From Patescibacteria group bacterium (GTDB lineage Bacteria > Patescibacteriota > Minisyncoccia > Phycocordibacterales > Phycocordibacteraceae): a stretch of 64,000 nt of DNA. This document shows, in pieces, positions 17,792 through 27,742 of the stretch. Position numbers and translations under genes: made by a program. The stretch is from NCBI GenBank assembly GCA_038062175.1, contig JBBTXR010000001.1, forward strand, positions 9,420 to 73,419, in the 5' to 3' direction. Below the pieces are notes generated by a model. It was not told the origin of the DNA. It worked only from the letters and a program-made list of their open reading frames with translations, and made no database searches. Every line of letters begins with the position of its first letter. Positions within the stretch are counted from its first letter, which is position 1.

Positions 17792-18718
17792 ATGCAGAAC
17801 GTAATTTCTAAGACGGGTTTTATTGCGATTGCCGCAGTTGCGGGTGCTTTTGCGGTGCTTGGCCTTGCCACACCAGCTGAGGCTCAGTTCACATCGCAGC
17901 CAACGCAGTGTGTCTTTACTCGGGACCTCTACCTCGGTGCCTTTGGTGAGGATGTACGCTGCCTCCAGCGCTACCTAAACGCCTCTGGTTATCCAGTCGC
18001 ATACAGTGGTGTTGGTTCGTACGGACGTGAGGGATACAACTATGGACCTCTCACTGCAGCAGCTGTCGCCCGCTGGCAGACTGCTACCGGTCAGCAGGCA
18101 TCTGGATACTTCCGCGTTGCTGCGCTTTCCGGAAACAGCTCCAATCCGTTCGTAAACACACCGATTGGTAACGATGACTGTAACTGTGATGGCGACAACG
18201 ATCGGGATCGTGACGATGCCCGTGAGGCGATCGATGACGCGGATGAGGCGATCGATGACGCTCGAGAAGAGATCGATGATGCGGATGATGCAAACAAGGA
18301 TGTCGATGAGGCCGAGGATCTTCTTGATGAGGCTCGCGACGATCTTCGTGATGCCCGCCGTGCATACAAGGAAGGCGACTATGACGATGCAGTAGACTTC
18401 GCAGAGGATGCGGAGGACAACGCCGAAGAGGCAGTCGATGAGATCGGCTCTACTGGTGGCAGCTCTGCAACCGAGGCGAACGCTCGTCGCGCGCTCGAGG
18501 ACGCCGATGACGCTATCGATGATGCTTGGGATGAGATCGATGAGGCCGAGGACGACGGTTATGACACCGATGACGCTGAGGATCTTCTCGACGAGGCAGA
18601 GGATGCCTATGACGACGCGAAGGATGCCTTTGATGACAAGAACTACGCAAAGGCTATTCGTGAAGCTGAGGACGCCGAAGAGCTCGCTGACGACGCAGTC
18701 GACGAGATCGAGGACTAA
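17792..18718 (+). CDS. Secreted peptidoglycan-binding protein with a duplicated, very acidic helical domain
   Basis: Signal peptide, FTRDLYLGAFGEDVRCLQRYLN...YGPLT.AAV..WQ, then two ~77-aa D/E-rich repeats. Confidence 0.85.
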   Translation: MQNVISKTGFIAIAAVAGAFAVLGLATPAEAQFTSQPTQCVFTRDLYLGAFGEDVRCLQRYLNASGYPVAYSGVGSYGREGYNYGPLTAAAVARWQTATGQQASGYFRVAALSGNSSNPFVNTPIGNDDCNCDGDNDRDRDDAREAIDDADEAIDDAREEIDDADDANKDVDEAEDLLDEARDDLRDARRAYKEGDYDDAVDFAEDAEDNAEEAVDEIGSTGGSSATEANARRALEDADDAIDDAWDEIDEAEDDGYDTDDAEDLLDEAEDAYDDAKDAFDDKNYAKAIREAEDAEELADDAVDEIED

Positions 18719-18740
18719 GTCACTCACCACTCTCCTAATT

Positions 18741-18769
18741 GAAAACACCCGCTTCAGGCGGGTGTTTTC
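18741..18769. terminator. Intrinsic terminator
   Basis: GAAAACACCCGC-TTCAG-GCGGGTGTTTTC. Confidence 0.85.
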
Positions 18770-18791
18770 ATAGTGGTGCTATGCTTTTGGT

Positions 18792-19088
18792 ATGGAACAT
18801 TCGCCAAGATGGCATCGAGAAATTAAGAAGGCTCCTCAAGAGCAATTCAAAGTCGAGCCGATCGGTAGTCACTATGTGCAGCGAGCACTTATCCTCATGA
18901 TGGACCCCGCTGATCCTCACAGGGCTGCAGAACTTTGGACAAACGAGGATGTGGGAGGCGAATCACTTGCGAAGCGATACCGGGATTATGTTGAGTTGCC
19001 AGTGAATAAGGATCGAGTAGTTGATCTCTCTGATGAGGCAGGGGTGACCAGGCTCTTTCAGGAGATTACAGGCCCTACCGTCCATTAG
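18792..19088 (+). CDS. Hypothetical protein
   Basis: 98-aa ORF with TATGCT 6 nt upstream of ATG. Confidence 0.65.
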   Translation: MEHSPRWHREIKKAPQEQFKVEPIGSHYVQRALILMMDPADPHRAAELWTNEDVGGESLAKRYRDYVELPVNKDRVVDLSDEAGVTRLFQEITGPTVH

Positions 19089-19130
19089 TCTCTTCATTGA
19101 TTTTCATCCCCGCAAGCGTACGCTTCTAGT

Positions 19131-20279
19131 ATGGAGCCACTCGCTAATCGCATACGTCCCCAAACCATCGACGAGGTCGTGGGTCAGGAGCATTTGGTGG
19201 GGGAGGGTAAACCACTTCGAGTCGCCATGGAGAAGAAACACCGCTTCTCCTTCGTTCTGTGGGGACCACCCGGTACTGGTAAGACCACCATCGCTCGCAT
19301 CTATGCGAGAGCACTTGATGCTGAGCTGCATGAGCTATCGGCAGTATCAGCCGGCAAAGACGACATTAGGAAGATCGTTGGAGAAGGGAAGGGGCCGACC
19401 TTAGGTCTTCGACCCAAGGTGCTCTTCCTTGATGAGATACACCGTTTCAACAAGGCGCAGCAGGATTTCCTCCTACCATACGTTGAGAGTGGCGAACTCA
19501 CCCTTGTTGGCGCTACCACTGAGAATCCTTCCTTTGAGGTGATTCCGGCTCTTCTCTCACGTGCACGAGTATTTGTACTAGAACCTCTTTCAGAAGAGTC
19601 ACTTCGAGCAATCGTCGCACGAGCAAAGATAAAGCTTGGGAAGGATGCGTTTGAATGGCTCTTGGGTTACGCCAATGGGGACGCTCGTCGGGCGCTCACG
19701 CTCCTTGAGGGCGCCAAGACGCTCTATGGGAAGGTAACGGTGGAAGCACTTAATAAAGCGCTTGAGGACCCGCACCTACGCTATGACAAGAAGGGCGAGG
19801 AACACTACGACACCATCAGCGCTTTCATTAAAAGCATGCGGGCCAGTCAGCCTGACGCGGCTATCTACTACCTCGCTCGCATGGTTGAGGCGGGGGAGGA
19901 CCCGCTCTTCATCGCACGAAGAATGGTGATCTTTGCCTCTGAAGACATTGGACTGGCTCAGCCCACCGCACTGGTAGTTGCAAACTCAGTATTCAGGGCC
20001 TGTGAAGTAATTGGATACCCTGAGTGCGCTATTAATCTTGCGCATGGCGTTGCGTATCTTGCGAACGCCACAAAGGATCGCTCTGCCTATGACGCGCTTA
20101 TGGCAGCGCAGTCAGACGTGCGCAGGACCGGTAATCTGCCGATACCAAAGAAGATACGCAATGCTCCCACCAAGCTCATGAAAGACCTTGGATACCACAA
20201 GGGATACAAGAAATATGATGAGGAGAGCTATCTGCCGGAGAAGCTGAAGGATAAGAAATACTTCCCTGAGAATAAGTAA
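19131..20279 (+). CDS. rarA: Replication-associated recombination ATPase RarA/MgsA
   Basis: PLA.RIRP, WGPPGTGKTT, DEIHRFNKAQQD, ATTENPSF, HYDTISAFIKS. Confidence 0.96.
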   Translation: MEPLANRIRPQTIDEVVGQEHLVGEGKPLRVAMEKKHRFSFVLWGPPGTGKTTIARIYARALDAELHELSAVSAGKDDIRKIVGEGKGPTLGLRPKVLFLDEIHRFNKAQQDFLLPYVESGELTLVGATTENPSFEVIPALLSRARVFVLEPLSEESLRAIVARAKIKLGKDAFEWLLGYANGDARRALTLLEGAKTLYGKVTVEALNKALEDPHLRYDKKGEEHYDTISAFIKSMRASQPDAAIYYLARMVEAGEDPLFIARRMVIFASEDIGLAQPTALVVANSVFRACEVIGYPECAINLAHGVAYLANATKDRSAYDALMAAQSDVRRTGNLPIPKKIRNAPTKLMKDLGYHKGYKKYDEESYLPEKLKDKKYFPENK

Positions 20280-20306
20280 AAGCCCTGGTTTCCCAGGGCT
20301 TTTACT
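20273..20306. terminator. Bidirectional terminator
   Basis: AAGTAAAAGCCCTGG-TTTC-CCAGGGCTTTTACTT. Confidence 0.85.
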
Positions 20307-20321
20307 TATTAAACCAATGAT

Positions 20322-20594
20322 TTACTTAACTGCGTCCTTGAGCGCCTTTGCTGCGCGGAACTTTGGAGTGCGGGTTGCAGCAATCTTGATGGTCTCGCCA
20401 GTGCGAGGGTTGCGGCCAGTGCGAGCTGGGCGAGCCTTTGCGCTGAAGATACCAAGACCTGCGATCGAAACCTCGTCGCCTGACTTAAGGCCGCCGGTGA
20501 TGGATTCGATAACAGTCTCGACTGCGCGTTCTGCGTCAGCCTTGGTGCTGCCGAGGGTTTCCTGCACCTTAGCTGCGATATCTGCTTTGTTCAT
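20322..20594 (-). CDS. hup: DNA-binding protein HU
   Basis: MNKADI, RTGRNPRTGETIKI, PKF motifs. Confidence 0.96.
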   Translation of the reverse strand: MNKADIAAKVQETLGSTKADAERAVETVIESITGGLKSGDEVSIAGLGIFSAKARPARTGRNPRTGETIKIAATRTPKFRAAKALKDAVK

Positions 20595-20716
20595 TGTTAT
20601 GTAATTAGGGGTAATCCCTTGTAGGGCTTAGGTAAGCCCTACCGAGAGGGCTACGGTGAAAAGTATAGGAAATGAGCCATTTTACGCAATAGGCTAGGAT
20701 TTTGGCCGTGGATAGC

Positions 20717-20743
20717 GAAAAGTCGCCAATTAGGCGACTTTTC
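20717..20743. terminator. Terminator after rny
   Basis: GAAAAGTCGCC-AATTA-GGCGACTTTTC. Confidence 0.8.
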
Positions 20744-20763
20744 AAAGCACACGTCAATCCGTG

Positions 20764-22293
20764 CTATCTGGCAAACTCCACCACGCGGTTCTCACGAATC
20801 ACATTCACCTTAATTTCTCCCGGATATTTAAGCTCTGCCTGCACGCGTTCAGCAATTTGACGAGCAAGTTTGTGCATCTGGAGGTCAGAAACCTTACCTG
20901 GATTCACAAAGATACGTATCTCGCGTCCAGCGGAGATGGCGTACACCTTCTCAACGCCCTCAAAGCCCTTAGCAATGCGCTCAAGGTCTCCCAGTCGCTC
21001 AAGATATCGCTCAACCGTGTCACGGCGCGCACCCGGGCGTCCTGCGGAGATCGCGTCTGCCACCTGCACGATGATTGATTCAGGTGTTTCATACGGATAT
21101 TCCTCATGATGCGACTGCATCGCCTGAATGATTTCCTTCTTCACCCCGAACTTCTCAAGGATTCTGCGGCCAATTTCCACATGTGTGCCCTGCACCTCAT
21201 GATCAACGGCCTTACCAATGTCATGCAGAAGCGCTCCGGCTCTCGCGGTGTCCGCGTCCGCACCAAGCTGCTCAGCGAGCATGCCGGCGATATGTGCCAT
21301 CTCAATTGAGTGCTGGAGCACATTCTGTCCATAGCTCGTACGGAAGTGGAGGCGGCCGAGAAGGGTGATCAGCTTTGGATCAAGTCCTACCACGCCTACC
21401 TCATACGCTGCCTCCTCACCTTTTTGCTTTACCGTCTCCTGCACCTGCTGCTTAGCTTTCTCAACGGTTTCCTCAATCTTTGCAGGCTGTATACGACCGT
21501 CTTCAAGCAGGCTTTCAAGCGCAATCTTTGCGATATGGCGCCGAAGCGGATCGAAAGACGAGAGCGAGATCTTGTCAGGAGCATCGTCGATGATCACATC
21601 AACACCCGTTGCGCGTTCAAACGCCTTGATATTCCTGCCTTCTTTTCCGATGATCTTGCCCTTCGCCTCTTCAGAAGGGAGGGTGACAGAAAGCGTCATG
21701 ATGTCAGCGTTTACCGCTGAGCCAAGGCGGTGAATGGTCGAAAGGAGAATGCCACGAGCCTTTTCTTCAAGCTGCTTGCGACCATGTGCCTCAAGCTTTT
21801 GAATGCGCGCGAGAAGCGCCTCGGTCTCAGTCTCTTCAAGATCCTTCATGAGCATAGTGCGCGCTTCTTCTTCAGACAGGCGTCCCATACGCACCAGATC
21901 AAGCCTTCGCTGCTGCAGAAGCTTTTCCGCCTCACGCTTTATATTTGCAGCCTCATTCTCACGATTACGCACGTCCTCGCTTTCAGTTGAGAGTGTACGC
22001 TCGCGCTCATCAAGAAACTCTTCACGCTTAGCAAGACGCTCAGCTGCCTTTGAAAGTGCTAGTTCACGCTCCTTAAGAGGTTCCTGCTTCTGACTCTCGA
22101 GTTTCTCTGCGCGCTCTTCCGCTTCGCTAATGATGCGACTAGCGCGCTCTTTAGCCTCAAGAAGCTTTTGCTTTACCTCAAGCTCAAGAGAGCCGCGTTG
22201 GCCAAGCGCAATCAAAAGCCTGAGCACATACCCAAGCGCGATACCTGCAAGGCCTGAGAAGGCCAGGAGGCTCAGTATTAGTTTTATGGACAT
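20764..22293 (-). CDS. rny: Ribonuclease Y
   Basis: N-terminal TM, coiled coil, KH (IIGKEGRNI), RTSYGQNVLQHS, LLHDIGK HD. Confidence 0.97.
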   Translation of the reverse strand: MSIKLILSLLAFSGLAGIALGYVLRLLIALGQRGSLELEVKQKLLEAKERASRIISEAEERAEKLESQKQEPLKERELALSKAAERLAKREEFLDERERTLSTESEDVRNRENEAANIKREAEKLLQQRRLDLVRMGRLSEEEARTMLMKDLEETETEALLARIQKLEAHGRKQLEEKARGILLSTIHRLGSAVNADIMTLSVTLPSEEAKGKIIGKEGRNIKAFERATGVDVIIDDAPDKISLSSFDPLRRHIAKIALESLLEDGRIQPAKIEETVEKAKQQVQETVKQKGEEAAYEVGVVGLDPKLITLLGRLHFRTSYGQNVLQHSIEMAHIAGMLAEQLGADADTARAGALLHDIGKAVDHEVQGTHVEIGRRILEKFGVKKEIIQAMQSHHEEYPYETPESIIVQVADAISAGRPGARRDTVERYLERLGDLERIAKGFEGVEKVYAISAGREIRIFVNPGKVSDLQMHKLARQIAERVQAELKYPGEIKVNVIRENRVVEFAR

Positions 22294-22483
22294 ACCAGTA
22301 GGGCCGGATCACCTCTAAGGATGAAACGGATTAATGCAATGTAAGGTTAGCCGGAAATTCAGTCGGATAATCGTTTCGGTCGCGGCTTGCGGCAACGATA
22401 CACCTATTAGAAAGGGGGCGCAAAAAGTAGACGTAAGGGGATATTGGCGGTATATCTTCTTCAGAAGTGAGGGGAGTACGTTC

Positions 22484-22915
22484 ATGCCGAAGCGTAACAA
22501 GTATGACTGGGACTGGACCTCCACGCGGGTAGAGTTCCTAGCTGCGCGCATCGAGGAGAATCTGAGCTGCGGCGAGATCGCAAGGAAATTCAACAGCGAG
22601 TATGCCGAAGAATGCCCCGATCTTGCACTCGATAAGAACTTCATTCTGAAGTCGGTGAAGAGCAGGACAGTGCAAGCCTTACTCGTCGAGCTCTATGGCA
22701 AAGAGAGAAGGGACGAGCTTGTTGCGCAAGTATGCCAACCACGACTCACGGGGCGCCCTCGGCGCGAAGGTCCGCCACCACCTAAGAAACGTGGTCCGCC
22801 AAAGACGCCGCGTACTGTGCATCGGGCACCTGCTCAGTCTCCCCGTCCTGGACGGTTAGTGACTATGGCAGACGTTCTGGCCTTTCGGGAGAAAAACAAA
22901 ACCCCCGCGCAGTGA
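22484..22915 (+). CDS. Hypothetical protein with GcrA-like N-terminal HTH and basic Pro-rich tail
   Basis: SD GAGGGGAG, DWTSTRVEFL....ENLSCGEIARKF. Confidence 0.55.
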   Translation: MPKRNKYDWDWTSTRVEFLAARIEENLSCGEIARKFNSEYAEECPDLALDKNFILKSVKSRTVQALLVELYGKERRDELVAQVCQPRLTGRPRREGPPPPKKRGPPKTPRTVHRAPAQSPRPGRLVTMADVLAFREKNKTPAQ

Positions 22916-22937
22916 TGCGCGGGGCCTTGTTTACTAC

Positions 22938-23534
22938 TTATTTCTTATACACCTGATCGATGATGCCGTACTTCTTCGCGTCATCCGCCATCATGAAGTA
23001 GTCACGCTCAACGTCCTTCTCGATCTTTTCAAGTGGCTGACCGGTATTCTTCGAGAGAATCTTATTCAACCGATCGCGTGTCGCAAGGATGTGCTTTGCG
23101 GTGATTTCAATATCGGTTGCCTGTCCCTGCGCACCGCCCCATGGCTGATGGATCATGACCTCTGCGTTTGGGAGTGCGTAGCGCTTGCCCTTTTCTCCTG
23201 CTGAGAGAATCACCGCTGCAGCTGACGCTGCCATACCCACACAGACGGTCGAGACCGCTGGCTTCACATGGTTCATGGTGTCGAGGATCGCAAGACCTGC
23301 GGTTACTGAGCCACCAGGAGAATTAACGTAGAGGGATATGTCCTTCTTTGGGTCCTCTGCCTCAAGGAAGAGAAGCTGCGCGATGATGAGGTTCGCCACG
23401 TCATCATCGATACCACCGCCAAGGAACACGATGCGGTCTTTGAGGAGACGGGAATAGATGTCATAGCCGCGCTCACCGAACTGCGACTTTTCGACGACCA
23501 TCGGTACGAGCATAGATGATTTAGGCTTATTCAT
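22938..23534 (-). CDS. clpP: Clp protease proteolytic subunit
   Basis: [25 protein letters not shown]. Confidence 0.97.
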   Translation of the reverse strand: MNKPKSSMLVPMVVEKSQFGERGYDIYSRLLKDRIVFLGGGIDDDVANLIIAQLLFLEAEDPKKDISLYVNSPGGSVTAGLAILDTMNHVKPAVSTVCVGMAASAAAVILSAGEKGKRYALPNAEVMIHQPWGGAQGQATDIEITAKHILATRDRLNKILSKNTGQPLEKIEKDVERDYFMMADDAKKYGIIDQVYKK

Positions 23535-23573
23535 AGTGTGCGCATAGTAGCAAAAACACCGCACCCGCGCACG

Positions 23574-23831
23574 CTATTCAGCGGTTACTTCAGGTGTTGC
23601 TGTCTGTGTCGCAAGGCGCTCGCCCCAACTATAGAAGGCAGCGGTGACGATGAGACCAACGATGAGAATGATGCCGATGACTCCACCCCAGCCACCCTTG
23701 GCTGCAGGCACTGCTTCAGGAGTCTCTACGATAGGTGCAGCGGCCATGACTGGTGGAATCACTGGTACTGTCTCTGCGACAGGCACCACCTCCTTTTCGC
23801 GCATAAACGGTATTGGCGAATCACTATCCAT
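23574..23831 (-). CDS. Small single-TM protein
   Basis: GGVIGIILIVGLIVTAAFYSWG. TATACT-6nt-ATG. Confidence 0.75.
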   Translation of the reverse strand: MDSDSPIPFMREKEVVPVAETVPVIPPVMAAAPIVETPEAVPAAKGGWGGVIGIILIVGLIVTAAFYSWGERLATQTATPEVTAE

Positions 23832-23879
23832 ACCAGGAGTATACGGCTAAGCGAAGCGATATGCGAAAGATGGGGAAAA

Positions 23880-23907
23880 GAAACAGCCCGCGCAGGCGGG
23901 CTGTTTC
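23880..23907. terminator. Terminator after ppa
   Basis: AAACAGCCCGC-GCAG-GCGGGCTGTTT. Confidence 0.8.
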
Positions 23908-23924
23908 TTACAGGAAGTAGTGGG

Positions 23925-24443
23925 TTACTTCTTCTCTGCGTACATCTGGCAGGCGCGGGTAAAGGCTGCCTGTGCCTCCGCCTTACCCTTGAAGCCGTGA
24001 ACGGTAACCTCCTTGTTCTGGAGTTTCTTGTAGGTTGAGTAGAAGTGTTCCATCTCCTTGAGCCAGTGCTTGTTGAGGTCGGAAAGATCCTTAACGTCAT
24101 CAAAGCGCGGGTCATCAACGGGAACGGCGATGATCTTCGCGTCAGAGTCACCACTATCGGTCATATCCATGATCGCAACAGGACGAGCGCGGACCAAGAT
24201 ACCCGGTAGAAGGGGGTAGGTAGTCAGAAGCGCCACATCAAGCGCGTCACCGTCGTCCCAGAGTGTCTGCGGCACGAAGCCGTAGTCAAACGGGAAGTCC
24301 TGGGCAGTATGCGCCACTCGGTCGAGTGCGATGATGCCGGTCTCCTTATCAATCTCGTACTTATTCTTTGAGCCCTTGTTGATCTCGACGATGACGTTCA
24401 TCTGATCAATGCTGCCTGCTGGAATATCGTGAAGAAGATTCAT
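23925..24443 (-). CDS. ppa: Family I inorganic pyrophosphatase
   Basis: NKYEIDK, YGFVPQT, DGDALD, D.KIIAVP. Confidence 0.96.
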   Translation of the reverse strand: MNLLHDIPAGSIDQMNVIVEINKGSKNKYEIDKETGIIALDRVAHTAQDFPFDYGFVPQTLWDDGDALDVALLTTYPLLPGILVRARPVAIMDMTDSGDSDAKIIAVPVDDPRFDDVKDLSDLNKHWLKEMEHFYSTYKKLQNKEVTVHGFKGKAEAQAAFTRACQMYAEKK

Positions 24444-24445
24444 GG

Positions 24446-25885
24446 TTAGGCTTGGTTATCGCTCTGGCTCTCTGTCGTGACGTCACGGTCCTCAGGGTTC
24501 ACCGGAGTACCGTCGTCTGAGATAGCTGTTTCGTCCTCAACGGTGAGTGCGCCTGACTCGTCAGTAGCATCCTCTTCTGAGGTGATAACGGAGTCGCTTT
24601 CGTTTGGTGCAATGCCTGCTTCAATTGAAGGACTGTCAGCTGCACCTGCCTCCTCAGCTTCAATCTGAGCTTCGGCAGCAATCGTTGAGTCATGTGCCTT
24701 CTGCTTGTCGAAGGAGATCTCATCGCTTGCAGCGCCACCAACGGAGCCACCGCCGGTCGATTCGATATCGATGTTCCAGCCGGTGAGCTTTGCGGCAAGG
24801 CGTACGTTCTGGCCGCCGCGGCCAATTGCGAGCGACTGCTGATCTTCCGACACGGTCACCTTTGCCCGGTGATTTGCCTCATCAAGTGCCACCTCAACAA
24901 CGGTTGCGGGAGAAAGCGACTCTTTAATGAATGCTGACTGGTCTTCAGACCACTCGATGATGTCGATGCGCTCGCCACCAAGCTCGCTCATTACGGTCGA
25001 GACACGGACACCGCGCTGACCAACGAGGGAACCAACCGGATCTACATGCGGATCAACGGATGCAATTGCAATCTTGGTGCGGCTTCCAGGCTCACGAGCT
25101 ACACCCTTCACTTCAATGGATCCAGAAGCAAGCTCCGGTGCCTCCATCTCAAAGAGACGGATCAAGAAACGAGGATGACTACGGGAAAGGCGAAGGTATA
25201 CGCCACGGAACCCTTCGTCTACCGCGTAGAGGTAGGCACGAAGACGTTCGCCAGTGCGGTATCGCTCTCCGGGGATCTGCTCCTCGTAGGGGATGATGCC
25301 GGTTGCGCGACCAAGGTCGACAAAGATCGCACCACGCTCAATGCGCTGCACGATACCCGAGACAATCTCACCCTTCTTGTGGGCGAACTCATCGAGGATA
25401 GAGAGCTTCTCGGCCTCACGAATCTTTTGGATGACGACCTGCTTTGCAGTTTGTGCAGCAATGCGGCCGAAGTCGTCCTGCGGCTCAAGAGGGAAGATGA
25501 TCTCTTCACCAAGGGCGGCGTTACGCTTAATGCGTGCCGCATCCTCAAGAAGGATGTGCTTCTCCGCGTCGTAGCGAGGGAGTTCTCCCTCAGCAACCTC
25601 CTCCTCACGGTCATGGTGCGGGTGGTGGGCAGGGAGCTCTTCGATTTCCTCGTCTTCGTCAGGGAAACGCACCATGGTGTCGTCCACCACAGTCTTTACC
25701 TGCTCGAAGATGACGGTACCCGTATTCATGTCGAGCTTGCCGCGAACCACCTGGCCGCGCTTTCCGTATTCCTTCTTATAGGCGGTCGCCATCGCGCTTT
25801 CGATAGCGTCGATCATGGTTTCCTTGGTGATGCCCCGCTCCTCGAATTCAGTGAGCACTGAGTTGATTGTCTTCAAGTCCAACAT
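24446..25885 (-). CDS. nusA: Transcription factor NusA with acidic C-terminal tail
   Basis: FGRIAAQTAKQV, S1 domain, AREPGSRTKIA, AIGRGGQNVRLAAKLTGW. Confidence 0.97.
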   Translation of the reverse strand: MLDLKTINSVLTEFEERGITKETMIDAIESAMATAYKKEYGKRGQVVRGKLDMNTGTVIFEQVKTVVDDTMVRFPDEDEEIEELPAHHPHHDREEEVAEGELPRYDAEKHILLEDAARIKRNAALGEEIIFPLEPQDDFGRIAAQTAKQVVIQKIREAEKLSILDEFAHKKGEIVSGIVQRIERGAIFVDLGRATGIIPYEEQIPGERYRTGERLRAYLYAVDEGFRGVYLRLSRSHPRFLIRLFEMEAPELASGSIEVKGVAREPGSRTKIAIASVDPHVDPVGSLVGQRGVRVSTVMSELGGERIDIIEWSEDQSAFIKESLSPATVVEVALDEANHRAKVTVSEDQQSLAIGRGGQNVRLAAKLTGWNIDIESTGGGSVGGAASDEISFDKQKAHDSTIAAEAQIEAEEAGAADSPSIEAGIAPNESDSVITSEEDATDESGALTVEDETAISDDGTPVNPEDRDVTTESQSDNQA

Positions 25886-26135
25886 AGTTCCGATATTTAA
25901 TTGTGTATTCAATTGTCCGCCCTTTAAAAAGAAAGGTCCGCGGGTGCGGACATTTCAGATGCTAGGAACATACCATATATAGGTAGGGGTGGTCAATGCA
26001 ACCAAACAGGCGTATTTGACAGTTATATCCCTCAGGTGTGTAATAGAGAAAATCGACTTTCGCTTGGGATGACCACGAAAGCACCGTTCTTTCGCATCGT
26101 CTCAATAACCCATGGTCAGACACGGAGAGATTGCC

Positions 26136-26270
26136 ATGACCCAAGATACTGCCTCGGACACCAAGGAGTACCCTTTCACCTGGCAGGCCGTCATCGCCGT
26201 GATCGCCCTCCTCATTCTGGTGGGTGTCGCTGCGCTCTTCATGTTCGGTTCGCCGGACATGAGCCGCTGA
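26136..26270 (+). CDS. 44-aa single-TM small protein (absent from ORF track)
   Basis: MTQDTASDTKEYPFTWQAVIAVIALLILVGVAALFMFGSPDMSR. SD GGAGAG, upstream TTGACA-17-TGTAAT, downstream hairpin. Confidence 0.65.
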   Translation: MTQDTASDTKEYPFTWQAVIAVIALLILVGVAALFMFGSPDMSR

Positions 26271-26389
26271 GGCCCTCTGAAGGAGACATGAGACGAAACG
26301 CCCCTGCATCTACTACAGGGGCGTTTTCTGTTGCATAATCAATAAATTACGTATACTATAAGCTCAGGTGTCAACCAGGAGAGTGTTAT

Positions 26390-26983
26390 ATGAGCGTCAG
26401 TCAGCAGCGAGACGATCAGCCGCCCGGCAAGCGGGTGCTTGCCAAACAAGCTACGAAAACAAGGATACGCACAGTAGCAAGGAAGCTGTTTACGGAGCGG
26501 GGGTACGGAGGTGCGGCGATCAGCCGCATTGCTGGTGCGGCCGGTATCTCTACCAAGACAGTTTCCTCAAACTTCTTCGATAAAGAGGATCTCCTCTTTG
26601 CGGTGATCGGGAAGGAGCACGAGGCATATCACGCCGCCTTCCGAAAAGGTGGTCGCGCTGCTCCTCTTCACGAGAAGATCGTGAACGCGCTCGCCATCGA
26701 TTACGAGCCTCGTCGTCGCTCGCTCGTGGTTGCCGAGATGGAGCACTCCTGGGCGTCGAAGGAGAGCGGTCACTGTGTCCGTATGAATTGTCTTCGGGAT
26801 CTCCTGAAGACTGAGGCGTTTCGGCGATCGAAGCCGTCTGTGTTCGATGCCTTCTTTCTGATGGTCTGGGGCGCGCATGTGGAGCTCTGTCGTCCCGACG
26901 GATTCGGACGCAAGATGTCCGAGGCAGGTCGACGGGCACACGTCGAGCGCGTGGTGAAAATCGCTCTCGCCGCGATCGAGTAG
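26390..26983 (+). CDS. TetR/AcrR family regulator
   Basis: ARKLFTERGY...ISRIA.AAGIS..TV...F.DKEDLL HTH. Confidence 0.85.
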   Translation: MSVSQQRDDQPPGKRVLAKQATKTRIRTVARKLFTERGYGGAAISRIAGAAGISTKTVSSNFFDKEDLLFAVIGKEHEAYHAAFRKGGRAAPLHEKIVNALAIDYEPRRRSLVVAEMEHSWASKESGHCVRMNCLRDLLKTEAFRRSKPSVFDAFFLMVWGAHVELCRPDGFGRKMSEAGRRAHVERVVKIALAAIE

Positions 26984-27138
26984 CACGAACGCTACTCAAG
27001 TACCTTAATTCTATACAACGCCGCGCGGGTAACTGCGCGGTGTTTTATTTTCCTCGGCATCTCCACAATGACGTATTGATCTTCCTGTTGCGCCCTGTCC
27101 CATACGCACGTAAGGTGGGGGCGGACAAGGAGGTTCCC

Positions 27139-27636
27139 ATGATCCACGATCTAACTCGTCCACCTACGGATGAGGAGCTGGCAGAGATACTCGACAGCTC
27201 TGACTATCGCAGATGGAAGATCACTGAGTACGAGCACTGGGCGCTCTATCTCAACCCAAGCGATCAGACGCTGCTCGGACGGTCATATGCCTGGCTTTCA
27301 AAGCGTCACGTCGATCGGATGAGTATGAGTGAGCTTATGTCTGACGAGCTCGGTGAGCTTGTCTATGCAGTGCTCAGAGACTACGAGCAGGCGGTTAAGC
27401 GCTGCTGGCCTGGCGTAACGACCGTCAATGCGGAATGGCTTGGCAACACCACCACGCATCATCGTGGGCATGGTCACCTGCATCTTATTCCGAGATATAG
27501 GGGTAAGGTCGACTTTGCGGGTGTGAAGTTCATCGATCCCGATCACGAGAAGCGTCGCACCTCGGCACGAATCGAGGTGTCAGACGATGTGCTTGAGCAA
27601 ATTCGTTTCTCACTCAAGAGTGCACTCGGCCGGTGA
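27139..27636 (+). CDS. HIT-family nucleotide hydrolase
   Basis: SD AAGGAGG, LGN...HGHLHLIPRY histidine triad. Confidence 0.8.
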   Translation: MIHDLTRPPTDEELAEILDSSDYRRWKITEYEHWALYLNPSDQTLLGRSYAWLSKRHVDRMSMSELMSDELGELVYAVLRDYEQAVKRCWPGVTTVNAEWLGNTTTHHRGHGHLHLIPRYRGKVDFAGVKFIDPDHEKRRTSARIEVSDDVLEQIRFSLKSALGR

Positions 27637-27742
27637 CTATGCTGCAAGGCGCCGCGATCAACATCGCGGTGCTTTTGTTTTCCCCTCACACACGTATTCA
27701 TATATAGGTACATACACGCAACAAGCTATACTCTTACTAGCT

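Noticed and set aside
17975-18748. 257-aa hydrophobic antisense ORF
   Set aside because: Shadow of the GAC/GAG/GAT-rich acidic repeat gene on the plus strand.
25046-25861. Long antisense ORFs over nusA (and likewise over pcrA, pilB, fusA, tuf)
   Set aside because: Antisense shadows of conserved genes with biased codon usage. No motifs.
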